The notes: generated from the letters alone by a model not told the origin. A stretch of 64,000 nt of DNA from Mobula hypostoma (GCF_963921235.1 NC_086100.1:32612001-32676000); one strand, 5' to 3'; positions 25,224-38,778 are shown, counted from the stretch's first letter. Translations and numbers: made by a program.

Positions 25224-26402
25224 GTAAAGCAGTTGATGCACTTGTTTTAGTGTTTTCTCCCTTGCTAATAACTTGCTTCTGTTTGTTCTTTCCCAATTAA
25301 ATCCCTTCGTCTGCCTTGCCTTCACAAAGACTGACATCAGTTGGCACCGCATGCTGTCAACTGCATTATTTTGGGTTCCTGGACCTTTTGCTTTGTTTTA
25401 CTACCTGTCGGCAACTTGTTTAATTTCACAGGCCAGTTTAAAACCATTGCCGTCATTAGTAATATTTTATCTGCAAAATTCCTTCCAGTTAATGCATGGA
25501 ATAATAATCTTGAACTGAAATGCTGCTCGGTAACAGTGTCATAACATTTAGTTACAGCCTTTAATGCCTCCCCTAATTCTCCCTGCAGCTTAATGTTTTG
25601 TATGTCTACTTCCCATTTCCAGTGTTATTTGTTTTTTAGTTCCATTTCTTTGTGTGTATTTCATTGATGTCATTAAATATGAAGGGATATGTAAAGTGAT
25701 AGTGACATTTCATAAATAGTGTGACGCAGTAAACCTTGCATCCTTTATTAAAATGCTCAATCTTTTTTTCTGTTTTCATCCCCTTATGCTTGTAAACAAA
25801 CTGGATTATGATTTTTGTAATATTTTGCTAGGATGAGGCCTCAATGAAGCCACAATCAAAAAGAGTAGGGAAGCCAAGAAGATAAATCAGGATCAGGCAA
25901 AGTGATGTATTTAAAAAAATATATAGGAAGAAATGAAGAAAGAAATGGCTTTCTTATTTTTGAAGCTCAGGAGAAGAGTTAATTCAAGTAGGAGATGGAC
26001 CAATTAATTTCAATCTTAATGCAGTAAAAAGACTAATTGTGGAAAGTAGTAAGAAAGCAACACCAAAGATTAATAAGCATATTGATTTAGTACATAAAAA
26101 TTGCTTTGCATGCAGCTTAGGTTCCAAAGGTCAGAAGAGAATCATCAATAAAATGACTAGCATTATATCCTCTTTCTTTGATAAGGAAGAGAAAATGAGA
26201 ACTAAAAAATAAAGTCTTCATGGAACCAGTTTTAGCGGTAGATGAGGCAATTTCATTAGGGGCCAGAGGAATTACTGAGATCAAGAACTGAAGGAGATTG
26301 AGTTAATCTCAAAGGTAAGTGGGTAATATATTGGATATTGTTGCTTCTGGACTGCATATCAATATAATATGCTTATATTGAATTCATTTTTTTTCTTTAC
26401 AG

Positions 26403-28033
26403 GTGATATTTTGAATCTCAAAACGTTTCGTACTTGGGAATTTAATACCAGTTACCCCTGCAGATCAGTACTTTTCCCATTGGTCACCACAGGCTTTTCA
26501 TTTACAGTACTTAAAGCCTTAAACAATAGTGGCCTTTTTGGTAACATCATAAACAGTTACACTTTATTGGTTTTCCCCAGGTTCTGCCTAACATGCCTCT
26601 CCTTTGTATTGGACTATTCTGTATACCAATTAGCCTGGGTCTGGAGAGTAGATCCTTGGAAGGCTTTAACGCTGCTAGGTGGGTCACATGTCATGTTGGT
26701 TTTTTACACTAGAACATTTTCAAATGTTATAGAAGCAGATTTGTTTGCATTGCTTCTGTTGTTGGTCACTATCGACACAAAGCAAGCAAATGTGGGCCCA
26801 GATTCTGGAAAAAAGGACAGAAGGAAAAATAAACATATTGGGATTGTTTTAGCTGCTGGGTTTTTCAATAGGCCCACATTCATTGCTTATGCTTTAGTGC
26901 CGATGTTCCTGTGGCATTTTTGTGATCAGAAAGGGACATTTCAGTTCAGTTTAAATCGTTTTATGACAAATTGTGTTAGCATTTTGATTTCTGCAACTGC
27001 AACCAGTTTTCTTTTCATTATGACAGATGCACTATATTTTGGGTCATTGTTGTCCAAATGGGACTGGGTTTTGAAAGATGGGAACACTATGTACAAACAT
27101 ATTGTTGATATAAGCCAACATTTAGTTTTAACTCCTGTCAATCTTATTTTGTATAACTTAGATCAAAAAAGCCTTATTGCACATGGGAGTCACCCTTGGT
27201 TTACACACTTAATACTGAATAGCTTTCTACTGTTTGGTGGCCTTCATTTGTCTGCTGTTGTATCTGGTATCAAAATGATGATCAGCAAGTTTGCCTACAA
27301 AGCCAGCTCTTACACGTCTTGCAAAAAACAATCCGAAAAGAAATTGTTGGCACAGCTTTCTCTTGCTTCCCATTCTGATGTGTATTTGTTCCTTGTCTAT
27401 TTAATCCCCATCATTATTCTGTCTTTGTTTAGTCATCAGGAACCAAGATATATTAGTCCACTCATTGTGCCACTTGTTATTCTCAGTGCTCCAAAATGTA
27501 ATATGTTCCAATGGAAAGTTATCATAGTCCTGTTTAATATCTTGGGGTCACTGCTATTTGGCTGTTTGCACCAAGGTGGTCTAATTCCTTCTCTGTCCTA
27601 CTTGGAGAAAATTCTTCATTCAAGGAATCATGGGGTGAAGCAGTATGAGTATGATTTGGTATTTTACCATACCTACATGCCTCCAAGGTATCTTCTGAAC
27701 TTTAAACCAAATGAAGAGTTCATCAGAGTCATTGACCTGTCCGGGTCTGACGTGCAGGTGCTGAACAGCACAGTGAAAGGGCTGCTTGACAATAGCTATT
27801 CCAAACACATTGGAAAGAATCAGGAAAAGACTATCTATATCATTGCGCCGGGTACTGTTCAAAGTGATATTGAAAACTGTGGATTCTATTGGAAAACTGT
27901 GAAGTCCTTCTTTCCTCATTTAACTATGGAAGATCCTCCTCACATTCCTTCTCTTCTGTCGAAAAATGGATTAAGCCAGCTGAGTCTTTACATTTTTGAG
28001 GTGGATATACTGTCAAAGAACACGGAAACCTAG
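26403..28033 (+). CDS. PIGZ: PIGZ large terminal coding exon; spliced protein 582 aa
   Basis: Polypyrimidine tract and AG at 26401-26402; phase matches the previous exon; uninterrupted frame with WEF, YTRTFSN..E, GFFNRPTF, HQEPRY, LHQGG, YHTYMPPRYL, FFPHLTMEDPP; AATAAA at 28625-28630. Confidence 0.95.
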
Positions 28034-28679
28034 TTCTATGTTTTCCTATCATCTGTTGTACAGTTAACTGTCCTGAAACATGGATTTATTGTAAAAGACC
28101 TTGAATGTTTTAACAGAACTTCAAGTTACTTCACCTCATTTGAAGTCTCAACACGACAGAATAACCATGTTTAAAGATTTGTCATTTTAACAAATCATAG
28201 AATTACTGTGCAAAAGAAATGGAGGGAAAATATTTGGTTTCTACAAACTCAATCAAGATATTTGGAAAATATAATGATACTGTATAATATGGTGCTCCAG
28301 GGTAGTATGCAATGGTACATATATGTTTATATAACCTGTAGTATAATTTGCTGGTTTTGGGGGTTGATGGGGGTTGCAAATCCTTTGCAGAAGAAAGCTT
28401 ATCACTCTGGTAGTAAATCAACTTGAAGTATGTTCTGCTATATAATGATGTGCGATGGAAGGATGGAAGAATGACAGACATAAAAGTGGATTTCTGCTGG
28501 GATAAGGTGTTTTGTATTTTGGGGAATAAAATTACAATACAGAAAAAGAAATTGACTTGTATCTTAGTAAGTTTCGGTGATATAAGTTTGTTGAGTGTAC
28601 AAATGAGGTGTCCAAAGTTACTTTAATAAATATCTATGAATAGATATACATATTTATAGACAAATATGATCACTGTTTT

Positions 28680-30345
28680 AGAACATAGATACCTACAGCA
28701 CATTACAGGCCCTTTGACCCACAATGTTGTGCTGACTATTGACATACTCTAGAAACTGCCTAGAATTAACCTACTGCATAGCCATGTACTTTTCTAAGCT
28801 CTGTGTACCTATCTAAGAGTCTCTTAAAAGACCCTATTGGATCCACCTCCACCACTGCCACTGGCAGTGCATTCCACACACCTACCACTCTCATGGACAC
28901 TGATTCCAAGATATCTCTGATCCTTCACACTGCCATTACAATTCTAATTAATACTATATTCTGTCTTCAAATTTGAACCACTTCACACTTAACTGAGTTG
29001 AACTTCATCTGCCACTTCTCAGCTCAGTTCTACATCCTATCGATGTCCGGCTGTAACCTCTGACAACCCTCCAGACTATCCACAACACCCCCAACCTCTG
29101 TGTCATCAGCAAACTCACTAACCCACCTTTCTACTTCATCCAGGTCATTTATAAAAATCACAAAGAGGAGGGGTCCCAGAACAGATCCCTGCAGAACACC
29201 ACTGGTCACTGTACTCCATGCAGAATATGAACCATCCACAACCACCCTTTGCCTTCTGTGGGCAAGCCAATTCTGGATCCACAAAGCAAGATCTCCTTGG
29301 ATCCCATGCGCCCTTACTTTCTGAATGAACCTTGTATGGCCTTACTGAAATCCATAAATACTACATCCACTGCTCTACCTTCATCAATATGTTTTGTTAC
29401 ATAATCAAAGAATTCAATCAGGCTCATAAGGCATGACCTGCCCTTTACAAAGCCATGCTGACTATCCCTAATCAGATTAGGTCTCTCCAAATGCTCATAA
29501 GTCCTGGCTCTTGGGATCTTAAACAACTTGCCCACCACTGAAGTCAGACTCACTGGTCTATAATTTCCTGGGTTACCTCTACTCCCCATCTTGAAGAAAG
29601 GAACAACATTTGCAACACTCCAATCCTCCGGTACTTCTCCAGTCCTTATTGATGATGTAAAGATCATCTCCTGAGGTTCAATAATCTCCACTGTTCCCTG
29701 GGGTATATCCTGTACAGTCCTGGCAACTTATCTAACTTAATACTTTTCAAAAGCTCCAGCACATCCTCTTTCTTAATGTATATATGCTCAAGTGTTTTGT
29801 CTGCTGCAAGTTATCCCCACAGTTGCCAAGGTCTGAAGCAAAGTATTAAATACCTCCGCTACCTCCTCCGTCTCCATGTACATGTTACCACTATCGCACC
29901 TGATTGTTCCTATTCTCATACGGCTCACCCTCTTGCTCTTCACGTACTTGTAGAATACCTTGGGGGTTTTCCTTAATCCTGCTCACCAAGGCCTTCTCAT
30001 GGCCCCTTCTAGCTCTCCTGATTTTATTCTTAAACTCCTTCCTGGCAACCTTGTAATTTTTTGAACTCTATCAGTACTAGTTTCTTGAACCTTTTGCAAG
30101 CTTTTCTTTTCTTCTTAACTAGATTTTTCACTTCCTTTGTACACCATGTTTCTTTTACCCTACCATCCTTTTCCTACCTCAATGGAACATACCTATGCAG
30201 AACTCCATGCAAATATTTCCTGAACAATTGCCACATTTCTGCTGTGCATTCCCTTGAGAACATTTGCTCCCAATTTAGGTTCCCAAGTTCCTGCCTAATT
30301 GCATTATACTTCCCCCTACCCCAATTAAATGTTTTCCCAAATTGC
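28680..30345 (-). mobile_element. CR1 LINE fragments (internally deleted)
   Basis: PGNYRPVSLTSVVGK, FMDFSKA, SGVLQGSVLGPLLF, FADDT; CR1 3' tail at about 28680. Confidence 0.85.
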
Positions 30346-31170
30346 TTTACTATGTACTCTAATGATTTGAGTACGTATGTCAGAGGTATTATTCGCAACT
30401 CTGCAGATGACATGAAGATCAGTGTTGTAGATAGCGATCGGGATAGTCGGAGGTTACAGGATAATATTAATCATTTGATGAATTGCAATGGCAAATGGAC
30501 TTTAATCCTAATAAGTGTGAGGTAAGATATGTTTGGCAGGACTCTTAAGGGTAAGATATAGATAATGAATGATAGAACCTGAAGCAATATTGAATAACTT
30601 CAATATTGAAGTAGAATGTCAGTGTACAAATACCAGGATCCCTAAAGGTGAAGTGAGGGTACATACATACATGCACAAGGAGGTCATGGTACAACTTTAC
30701 GAAAAATTGGTTAAGCCACACATGAAGTACAATTATCATCACACTGATTGTCCTGGAGATGATGCAGAGGAGATTCACCAGGGTATTGTCTGGGATCGAG
30801 TGTTAATGTGGATAGGCTGGGCATGTTTTCCTTGGAGCGGAGGGGGTTGAGTATGGTGCCTGATTTGAAGTACACAAAATAATGAGGGGTGTAGATAGTA
30901 GGAAACTTCCCTATGGCAGAGGTCTAAAACTAGAGAGCAGTTTTAAGGGGACCCTGAGGAATAACTTTTATCCACACAGGGTAGTGGGGATCTTTAATGC
31001 ATTTTCTAGGAGGCAGGTATTTTTATAACATTTAAGTATCTGTGGAGGCACATGAATTACCAAAACGGAAGGACATAAGGCCAAGTTCTGGAGAATGGAT
31101 TAGTATGGATGGGTACTTGATGGCTGACAGAGATGGTGAGCAAAAGAGCCTGCTTTTGTGCTGTATGACT
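30346..31170 (+). mobile_element. Degenerate CR1 LINE 3' fragment
   Basis: SADDMKI and VQLYEKLVKPHMKY motifs; tail GTGCTGTATGACT. Confidence 0.7.
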
Positions 31171-31569
31171 GTTGTTTGTTTCCTTAAGTTATTAGGTATT
31201 TGAAGAATGAATTATTTTAAGTCTACAATGCAGTGCTTGAGGATTGTAGCAAGACTGACAAGAACCTAGAAAACTAATAAGGTAAGGGAATCTTTTCAGA
31301 AAAGGTCATGCCTCAGATATTATGGATTTTGCATTGTATATATTGACCTGAGGTTTTTTAGGTTATGGCACTTCATATCAGAAAAGATTACCCTTCTCAC
31401 AGGAATAGTAATAGACAATTATTCCATTATACTTTACAAGTTGACTTGAGACTAGTTTTGTTTTTATAATGAATGACAATATATGTACAATAACCATTGA
31501 GAGATTGCTAGCAGTTTATCAGTAATTGGGATTACAGGTTAAATCTCTCTTGTCTTCCGTTGTCGGGAT

Positions 31570-31640
31570 TTTGTCACTGAGGCAGAGATTCATGTGTATG
31601 TCCTCTAACCTGATTTATTGCATTCAGTACTCACCATATG
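31570..31640 (+). mobile_element. Penelope GIY-YIG endonuclease remnant
   Basis: RQRFMCMSSNLIYCIQYSPYG resembles the F.C.S.N.IYCI.C..CG motif preceding YIG. Confidence 0.45.
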
Positions 31641-32096
31641 GGTTCAGGTACTGCAGTGTACTTTGCTTCCCAGAAACATGGCTCACCAATCAGATGCAGC
31701 ACTGCAGCCCATGGGCTTCACCATCCACCAAAAAGACAGGGCATCTGAGTCCTAAAGGTTGAAGAGGTGGTGTATGCTTTATGATTAACTCATCGTGGTG
31801 CACTGCCATGGTTGACCTGTCTCAATCCTGCTCACAGTGCCTGGAACATCTAGTGGTCAAGTGTCGTCCATTTTATCTGCTGAGGGAGTTTTTCACCATC
31901 ATCCTGGTAACAGTGTACATTCCGCCTCAGGCCAATGTCAACCAGGTACTGGAGGAGCTGAGCACCATGATCAGCAGTCATAAAACAGCACACCCTAATG
32001 CCTTCCCTAACACTGTGGGGGATTTTAACCAGGCCAGCTTGACCAACATATCACTTGTGGAACCGAACAGGCCAATACACTAGACTACTGATATAC

Positions 32097-32383
32097 TGTA
32101 GCGATGTGCTACACACAGTGCTAGAATAACCACACGGAGTTGGTGAGTTGGAGTTGTGATGAAAGAGATTTATTCAAACTTCGCGGCCCGCTTTAAAGCC
32201 TTCCCGTTCCCGCCCTCCCTGGGTGGGACTACTGTGGGGAATGCATATTCCCAGACCCTTTCTGCGCACGGGATTTTCCCCCTGCTGGTGAAGATGGCCT
32301 GGCGCCCTTTTTGCTGCCGGCCCTCTGCCTGCGCGCGCTGTTTCCTGAGCCGGTTCGTGAGTGCCAGAAAGTGGGTCGCCACA
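32097..32383 (-). repeat. 3' LTR
   Basis: Direct repeat of 36173-36459 with 13 substitutions by my count; AATAAA on the minus strand. Confidence 0.95.
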
Positions 32384-35300
32384 TAACCCCCCCCCCCCCC
32401 CAGAACCGGCGATACCTTCCCCAATGTCCACAGTCTGGATCGGCCTCTGTTTGGGAGGTCTGCCCCTGCGCCGCAGTGCCTGAGCCTGGACCGGTTGCGC
32501 CAAGTCCACATGGGCCGGTTTGAGTCGGTCCACTGTGAAAACCTCCTCTCTCCCCCCAATGTCCAGCACGAACGTGGACCCGTTGTTGCTGATCACCTTA
32601 AACGGCCCCTCGTAGGGCCGCTGTAGCGGTGCCCGGTGTCCACCCCGTCGTACAAAAAGAAACTTACAGTTCTGCAGGTCTTTGGGTACGCAGGTCGGGC
32701 TCTGTCCGTGCTGTGAAGTGGGGATGGGGGCCAGGTTACCGAGCCTCTCCCGTAGTCTGTCCAGGACTGCTGTGGGTTCTTCCTCTTGCCCCCTTGGGGC
32801 TGGTATGAACTCTCCTGGGACGACCAGGGGCGCGCTGTACACCAACTTGGCCGACGAGGTGTGCAGATCCTCCTTGGGCGCTGTGCGGATTCCGAGCAGG
32901 ACCCAGGGAAGTTCGTCCACCCAGTTAGGCCCCTCCAGGCGGGCCATGAGAGCCGATTTCAGGTGACGGTGGAAGCGCTCCACTAGTCCGTTCGACTGTG
33001 GGTGGTAGGCAGTTGTGTGGTGTAGCTGTGTTCCTAGAAGTCTGGCCATAGCCGACCACAGGCTGGAGGTGAACTGGGCGCCCCTGTCAGAGGTAATGTG
33101 GGCCGGTACCCCAAAGCGTGCTACCCAGGTTGCGATCAGTGCTCGGGCGCAGGATTCGGAGGTGGTGTCGCTGAGCGGGACTGCCTCTGGCCATCTGGTG
33201 AACCGGTCTATCATAGTTAGGAGGTACCGCGCTCCTCGTGACACTGGCAGGGGCCCCACGATACCCACATGGATGTGGTCGAACCTCCGGCAGGTGGGTT
33301 CGAACCGCTGCGGTGGAGCCTTGGTGTGCCGCTGCACCTTGGCCGTTTGGCCATTCACTGACCTGTTTACGAAGTCCATGCCACACGAACCTGTTGGAGA
33401 CCAGCCGAACAGTTGTCCTGATGGAGGGGTGCGCTAAGTTGTGAATGGATTCGAACACCCGCCGGCGCCAGGCTGCTGGGACGACGGGGCGGGGTTGGCC
33501 AGTAGCTGCGTCACATAGTAGGGTCCTCTCACCTGGGCCTACGGGGAGGTCTTGGAGCTGCAAACCGGAGACTGCAGTCCTGTAACTGGGGATCTCAGCG
33601 TCTGCCTGCTGTGCCTCTGCCAGCGCTGCATAGTCGACCCCCTGGGACAGGACCTGTATGGTAGGTCTGGAAAGTGCGTCTGCCACGACATTGTTCTTTC
33701 CAGAGACATGCCGGATGTCCGTCGTGTACTCGGAGATGTAGGACAGATGTCGCTGCTGGCGGGACGACCAGGGGTCGGACACCTTAGTGAACGCAAAGGT
33801 AAGCGGTTTGTGGTCTGTGAACGCGGTGAAGGGCCTACCTTCTAAGAAGTACCTGAAATGCAGGATTGCCAGGTATAGTGCCAATAGCTCCCGGTCGAAA
33901 GCACTGTATTTGAGTTCGGGTGGTCGTAGGTGTTTGCTGAAGAACGCCAGGGGTTGCCAGCGACCCTCGATGAGTTGTTCCAGCACTCCACCGACTGCTG
34001 TGTTGGATGCGTCCACCGTGAGGGCAGTAGGAACGTCCGTTCTGGGGTGCACTAGCATCGCGGCGTTTGCCAAGGTTCTTTGGTTTTAACGAAAGCGGTT
34101 GCGGCCTCTTCGTTCCAGGTAATGTCCTTGCCCTTACCCGACATTAGAGTGAACAAGGGGCGCATGGTTCAGGCTGCTGAGGGGAGGAAACGGTGGTAGA
34201 AATTCACCATACCCACGAATTCCTGCAAGCCTTTGATTGTGTTGGGTCGGGGGAAGTGGCGGACCGCGTCTACCTTGGCGGGCAGCGGGGTTGCCCCGTC
34301 TTTAGTAATCCTGTGGCCCAGGAAGTCGATGGTGTCGAGTCCGAACTGGCATTTGGCTGGATTGATTGTAAGGCCGAATTCACTCAGGCGGGAGTAGAGA
34401 TGGCAGAGGTGGGACAGATGCTCCTGCCGACTACTGCTGGCTATGAGGATGTCGTCCAAATAGATGAATGCAAAGTCCAGGTCGCGACCCACCGCGTCCA
34501 TTAGCCACTGGAAAGTCTGTGCGGCATTCTTTAGACCAAACGGCATTCGGAGGAATTTGAAAAGTCCGAACGGGGTGATAAGTGCTGTTTTGGGGATGTC
34601 GTCCGGATGTACAGGGATTTGATGGTATCCCCGGACGAGGTCTACCTTGGAAAAGATCCTTGCGCCGTGTAGGTTTGCTGTGAAGTCTTGAATGTGCGGC
34701 ACAGGGTAGCGGTCTGGCGTTGTAGCCTCGTTCAGTCTGCGGTAGTCACCGCATGGTCTCCAGTCCCCGGTTGCCTTGGGCACCATGTGAAGGGGGGAGG
34801 CCCATGGGCTGTCGGACCGTCGTATGATCCCTAATTCCTCCATCTTCTTGAACTCCTCCTTCGCCAGTCGGAGCTTGTCCGGGGGAAGCCTTCGAGCACG
34901 GGCGTGGAGGGGTGGTCCCTGGGTCGGGATGTGGTGCTGTACTCCGTGTCTGGGCATGGCTGCCGTGAACTGCGGTGTCAGTACTGATGGGAAATCTGCC
35001 AGGACCCTGGTGAATTCATCGTCGGACAGCGTGATGGAGTCCAGGTGTGGGGCTGGCAACTGTGCTTCACCCAGGGAGAACGTTTGAAAAGTCTTGGCGT
35101 GGACTAATCGCTTCCCTTGCAAGTCGACCAGCAGGCTGTGGGCTCGTAGAAAATCTGCCCCCAGCAGTGGTTGGGCCACGGCGGCCAGTGTGAAGTCCCA
35201 CGTGAACCGGCTGGAGCTGAACTGTAGCCGCACCGTGCGGGTGCCGTAGGTTCGTATTGTGCTGCCATTAGCGGCCCTCAGGGTGGGTCCCGGTTCTCTG

Positions 35301-35455
35301 TTGCGGGTGTCGTAACTGGTTGGAGGTAAGACGCTGATCTCCGCTCCGGTGTCGACCAAAAAGCGGCGTCCCGACTGCTTGTCCCAGACATACAGGAGGC
35401 TGTCCTGATGGCCAGCCGCCGTAGCCATCAGCAGCGGCTGGCCCTGGCGTTTCCC
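32384..35455 (-). pseudogene. Gypsy pol (protease, RT, RNase H, integrase), disrupted
   Basis: FLVDTGA, YLDD, TVDAS, TDHKPL, ITSDRGAQF, GLVERFHR, GPF; TGA at 34169-34171, frameshift near 34075, deletion near 33345 removing the integrase CxxC. Confidence 0.9.
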
Positions 35456-36132
35456 GGGAATTTGCAGGGCGGTCTGCAGCGGCGGGCCTCCGTGCCCCAC
35501 CGCTGGTGGTAGAAACACCATTGTTCGTTGGGCTCCTCACTCCCGTCGCCGGGTTTTGTAGGCTCTGCTGCCGGGCCTGGTCTGGTCTGTCGTTGGGCAC
35601 GCGGCTTGGTGATCTGTGCGACGGATGCCCCTCTCTCTTTCCTGGCATTCCACAGCACATCTGCTCGGGCCGCCACCTCCCGGGGGTTGCTGAAATCTGC
35701 GTTGGACAGCAGCAGGCGTGTGTCCTCGGGCAGTTGCTCGAGGAACGCCTGCTCAAACATGAGGCAGGGTTTGTGTCCTTCAGCCAGGGCCAGCATCTCG
35801 TTCATTAATGCTGACGGCGGCCTGTCTCCCAAACCATCCAGGTGCATTAAGCGGCGTGTTCGTTCGCGCCGTGAGAGTCCGAAAGTCCTTATGAGCAGGG
35901 CTTTGAATGCTGTGTATTTGCCGTCCTCCGGGGGAGACTGAATAAACTCCTCAACTTGTGCAGCAGTCTCCTGGTCGAGGGAGCTCAGCACGTAGTAGTA
36001 GCGAGTGGACTCCGAGGTTATCTGCCGAATGTGGAATTGTGCTTCTGCTTGTTCGAACCATAAATGGGGTCGCAGCGTCCAGAAGCTTGGCAGTTTTAAC
36101 GAAACTGCGTGAACAGATGCAGCGTCGGTCAT
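35428..36132 (-). CDS. Gypsy gag (234 aa), open frame
   Basis: [18 protein letters not shown]...WFEQAEAQF...[10 protein letters not shown]...CX2HX9CX3C. Confidence 0.85.
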   Translation of the reverse strand: MTDAASVHAVSLKLPSFWTLRPHLWFEQAEAQFHIRQITSESTRYYYVLSSLDQETAAQVEEFIQSPPEDGKYTAFKALLIRTFGLSRRERTRRLMHLDGLGDRPPSALMNEMLALAEGHKPCLMFEQAFLEQLPEDTRLLLSNADFSNPREVAARADVLWNARKERGASVAQITKPRAQRQTRPGPAAEPTKPGDGSEEPNEQWCFYHQRWGTEARRCRPPCKFPGNARASRC

Positions 36133-36172
36133 CTCTGGTCCAAATATCGTTTGGGCCGTCAGGGTCATCAAT

Positions 36173-36459
36173 TGTAGCGATGTGCTACACACAGCACTAG
36201 AATAACCACATGGAGTCGGTGAGTTAGAGTTGCGATGAAAGAGACTTATTCAAACTTCGTGGCCCGCTTTAAAGCCTTCCCGTTCCCGCCCTCCCTGGGC
36301 GGGACTACTGTGGGGAATGCATATTCCCAGACCCTTTCTGCGCGCGGGATTTTCCCCCTGCTGGTGAAGATGGCTTGGCGCCCTTTTTGCTGCCGGCCCT
36401 CTGCCTGCGCGCGCTGTTTCGTGAGCCGGTTCGTGGGTGCCAGAAAGTGGGTCGCCACA
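36173..36459 (-). repeat. 5' LTR
   Basis: Direct repeat of 32097-32383; PBS immediately downstream on the minus strand. Confidence 0.95.
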
Positions 36460-37274
36460 ATACCACCATTAAGAATGCCTTCCATGCCATCCCATGCTCA
36501 GGCTAGGGAATATTGATCACCTGACTCTACTTCTACTACTGGCATATAGGCAGATACTAAAGATCGCAGCACCAGTGGTGAGGATCAAGAAGGTATGGTC
36601 GAGGCAGGTGGAGGAGCACTTACAGGACTGCTTTGAGTTGGTGGAATGGACAATATTCAGGGATTCCTCTTCAAATCTGAATGAATATTCACAGATGTTT
36701 CCAACTTCATTAAGACCTTTGAGGAATAGTGTGTCTTTGAGAACTTACTAGACGTACCCAACCCAAAAGCCATAGATGAAAGTGGTGGTTTGTAGTCTGC
36801 TGAGGACCAGATATGTGGCATTCAGAACCAATGATCAAGAACTATACAAGAAGTCCAGGTACGACCTTCAGAAGTCTATTTTAAGAGTGAAAAAACAACT
36901 CCAATTGAAGTTAGAGGTGGAATTGTATTCATGTCAGCTCTGGCAGGGTTTGCAGGCCATTACTTCATACAAAGCGAAACCTAACATCATGAATGGCTGT
37001 GAAGAGCTCAACGCTTTTTATGCATGGTTTGAAAGGGGAATAAAAATACACCTGTGTGAATCCTTGCAGTATCTGGTTCTTCTCTTAGCCTTGGATCATC
37101 TGGACAATAGCCGTATCTACGTCAGGCTGCTGTTTATTGATTACAACTCAGTGTTCAACACTAATTCAGTTCAATTCAAATTTAATTGTCATTCAACCAT
37201 TCACGAATGCCCATCAATACAGCCAAGTGAGTCAGCATTATTCTGGGGCCAAGGTGCAAACCATGGTACCAACA

Positions 37275-38620
37275 GTCACACGTCACAAAGCAGAGCTTAA
37301 GGTTAAGGATCCCTTAGGGAACAGTGATCACAATGTTATTGAGTTCACTTTGAAATTTGAGAAGGAGAAACTAAATTCCAATGTGTCAGTATTTCAGTGG
37401 AATAAAATTACAATGGCACGAGAGGGAAACTGGCCAAAGTTGACTGGAATGAAGAAGGACACTACCATGGCTGATAAGTGAAGAAGGAGTCAAAGTGAAA
37501 GCAAAAGAGAGGGCATACAAGGAAGCCAAAGCGAGTGGGAAGATAGAGGATTGGGAAGATTTTAAAAACTTGCAGAAGGAAACTAAGAAGGTCATTAGAA
37601 AGGAAAAGTTGTATTATGAAAGAAAGCTGACAACTAATATCGAAGAAAATTCTAAAATAAATAAAGGGTAAAAGAGAGTTGAGGATAGACATAGGACCAA
37701 TAGAAAATGATGCTGGAGATATTGTAATGGGAGACGCAGAGATGGCAGAGGAACTGAATGCGTATTTTGAATCAGTCTTCACAGTGGAAGACATCTGCAG
37801 TATACCGGACATTCAAGAATGTCAGGGAAGTTTAGTATGTGCAGTGAAAATTACGACTGAGAGGGTGCTCAGGAAGCTTAATGGTCTGAGGGTGGATAAA
37901 TCTCCTGGACCTGATGGAGTGCACCCTCTGGTTCTGAAGGAATTAGCTGGAGAGATTGCGGAGGCATTAACAATGATCTTTCAAGAATCGATAGATTCTG
38001 GCATGGGACTGGAAGACTGGAAAATTGCAAATGTTAATCCACTATTTAAGAAGGGTGGGAGGCAGCAGAAAGGAAACTATAGACCGGTTAGCCTGACATC
38101 AATGGTTGGGAAGCTGTTGGAATCAATTGTTAGGGATGAGATTACAGAGTACCTGGAGGCACATGACAAGATAGGCCAAAGTGCCTATCATAGGCACTAA
38201 CATAGTTCAATTTTTTGAGGAAATTACAAGCAGGGTAGACAAAGAAGATGCAGTAGATGTGGTGTCCTTGGATTTTCAGAAGGCCTTTGATAAGGTGCCG
38301 CACATGAGGCTGCTTAGCAAGATAAGAGCCCATGGAATTACAGGGAAGTTACTAGCATGGGTGGAGCATTGGCTGATTGGCAGAAAACAGAGAGTGGGAA
38401 TAAAGGGATCCTATTCTGGCTGGCTGACGATTACCAGTGGAGTTCCACAGGGGTCAGTGTTGGGACAGTGCTATATTTTACGATGTGTGTCAATAATTTG
38501 GACTATGGGATTAATGGATTTGTGGCTAAGTTTGCTGATGATACAAAGATATGTGGAGGAGTGGGTAGTATTGAAACAGAGAGCCTGCAGAGAGACTTGG
38601 ATAGTTTAGGGGAATGGGAT
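37275..38620 (+). mobile_element. CR1 LINE ORF2 fragment
   Basis: LGNSDHNVI, KSPGPDGVHP, GNYRPVSLTS, LDFQKAFDKV, GVPQGSVLG, FADDTK over frameshifted ORFs. Confidence 0.9.
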
Positions 38621-38742
38621 CAGGTTAGAAATGTGGAGGCAGCTTGAGACCCTGCAACAGGACTGAGGGGAAATGGTGAGACAGAGGCTGGCAGTCATAA
38701 GGTGGAATCAAACAAGGAGGCAAATGCTACCTAAATGGAACT

Positions 38743-38778
38743 AGTCCTGACGAAGGGTCTCGGCCTGAAACGTCGACT
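38743..38778 (+). ncRNA. Minimal type I hammerhead ribozyme motif (Penelope-type)
   Basis: AGTC-CTGACGA-AGG(GTCTCGG)CCT-GAA-ACGT-C-GACT: stem I AGTC/GACT, CUGANGA and GAAA core, stem II, palindromic ACGU in place of helix III, GUC cleavage triplet. Confidence 0.7.

Larger units (their letters stand above)
32097..36459 (-). mobile_element. Full-length Ty3/Gypsy LTR retrotransposon, CsRn1/Kabuki lineage, inactive
   Basis: Two 287-bp TG...CA LTRs; 4-bp TSD ATAC (32093-32096, 36460-36463); PBS TGATGACCCTGACG (tRNA-Trp type, 2 mismatches) next to the 5' LTR; poly-G PPT 32387-32401; domain order gag-PR-RT-RH-IN; CHCC box [18 protein letters not shown]. Confidence 0.95.
31640..37165 (+). mobile_element. 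Rex1/Babar LINE remnant interrupted by the Gypsy element (pieces 31640-32096 and 36464-37165)
   Basis: LCFPETWL, CRPFYL.REF, VYIPPQAN, VGDFNQA; reading TLDY.YT|TIKNA resumes across the LTR element; EELNAFYAWF, YVRLLFIDYNSVFNT. Confidence 0.8.

Noticed and set aside
32156-36516. Many plus-strand ORFs over the Gypsy element
   Set aside because: Antisense shadows of GC-rich gag-pol and LTR sequence
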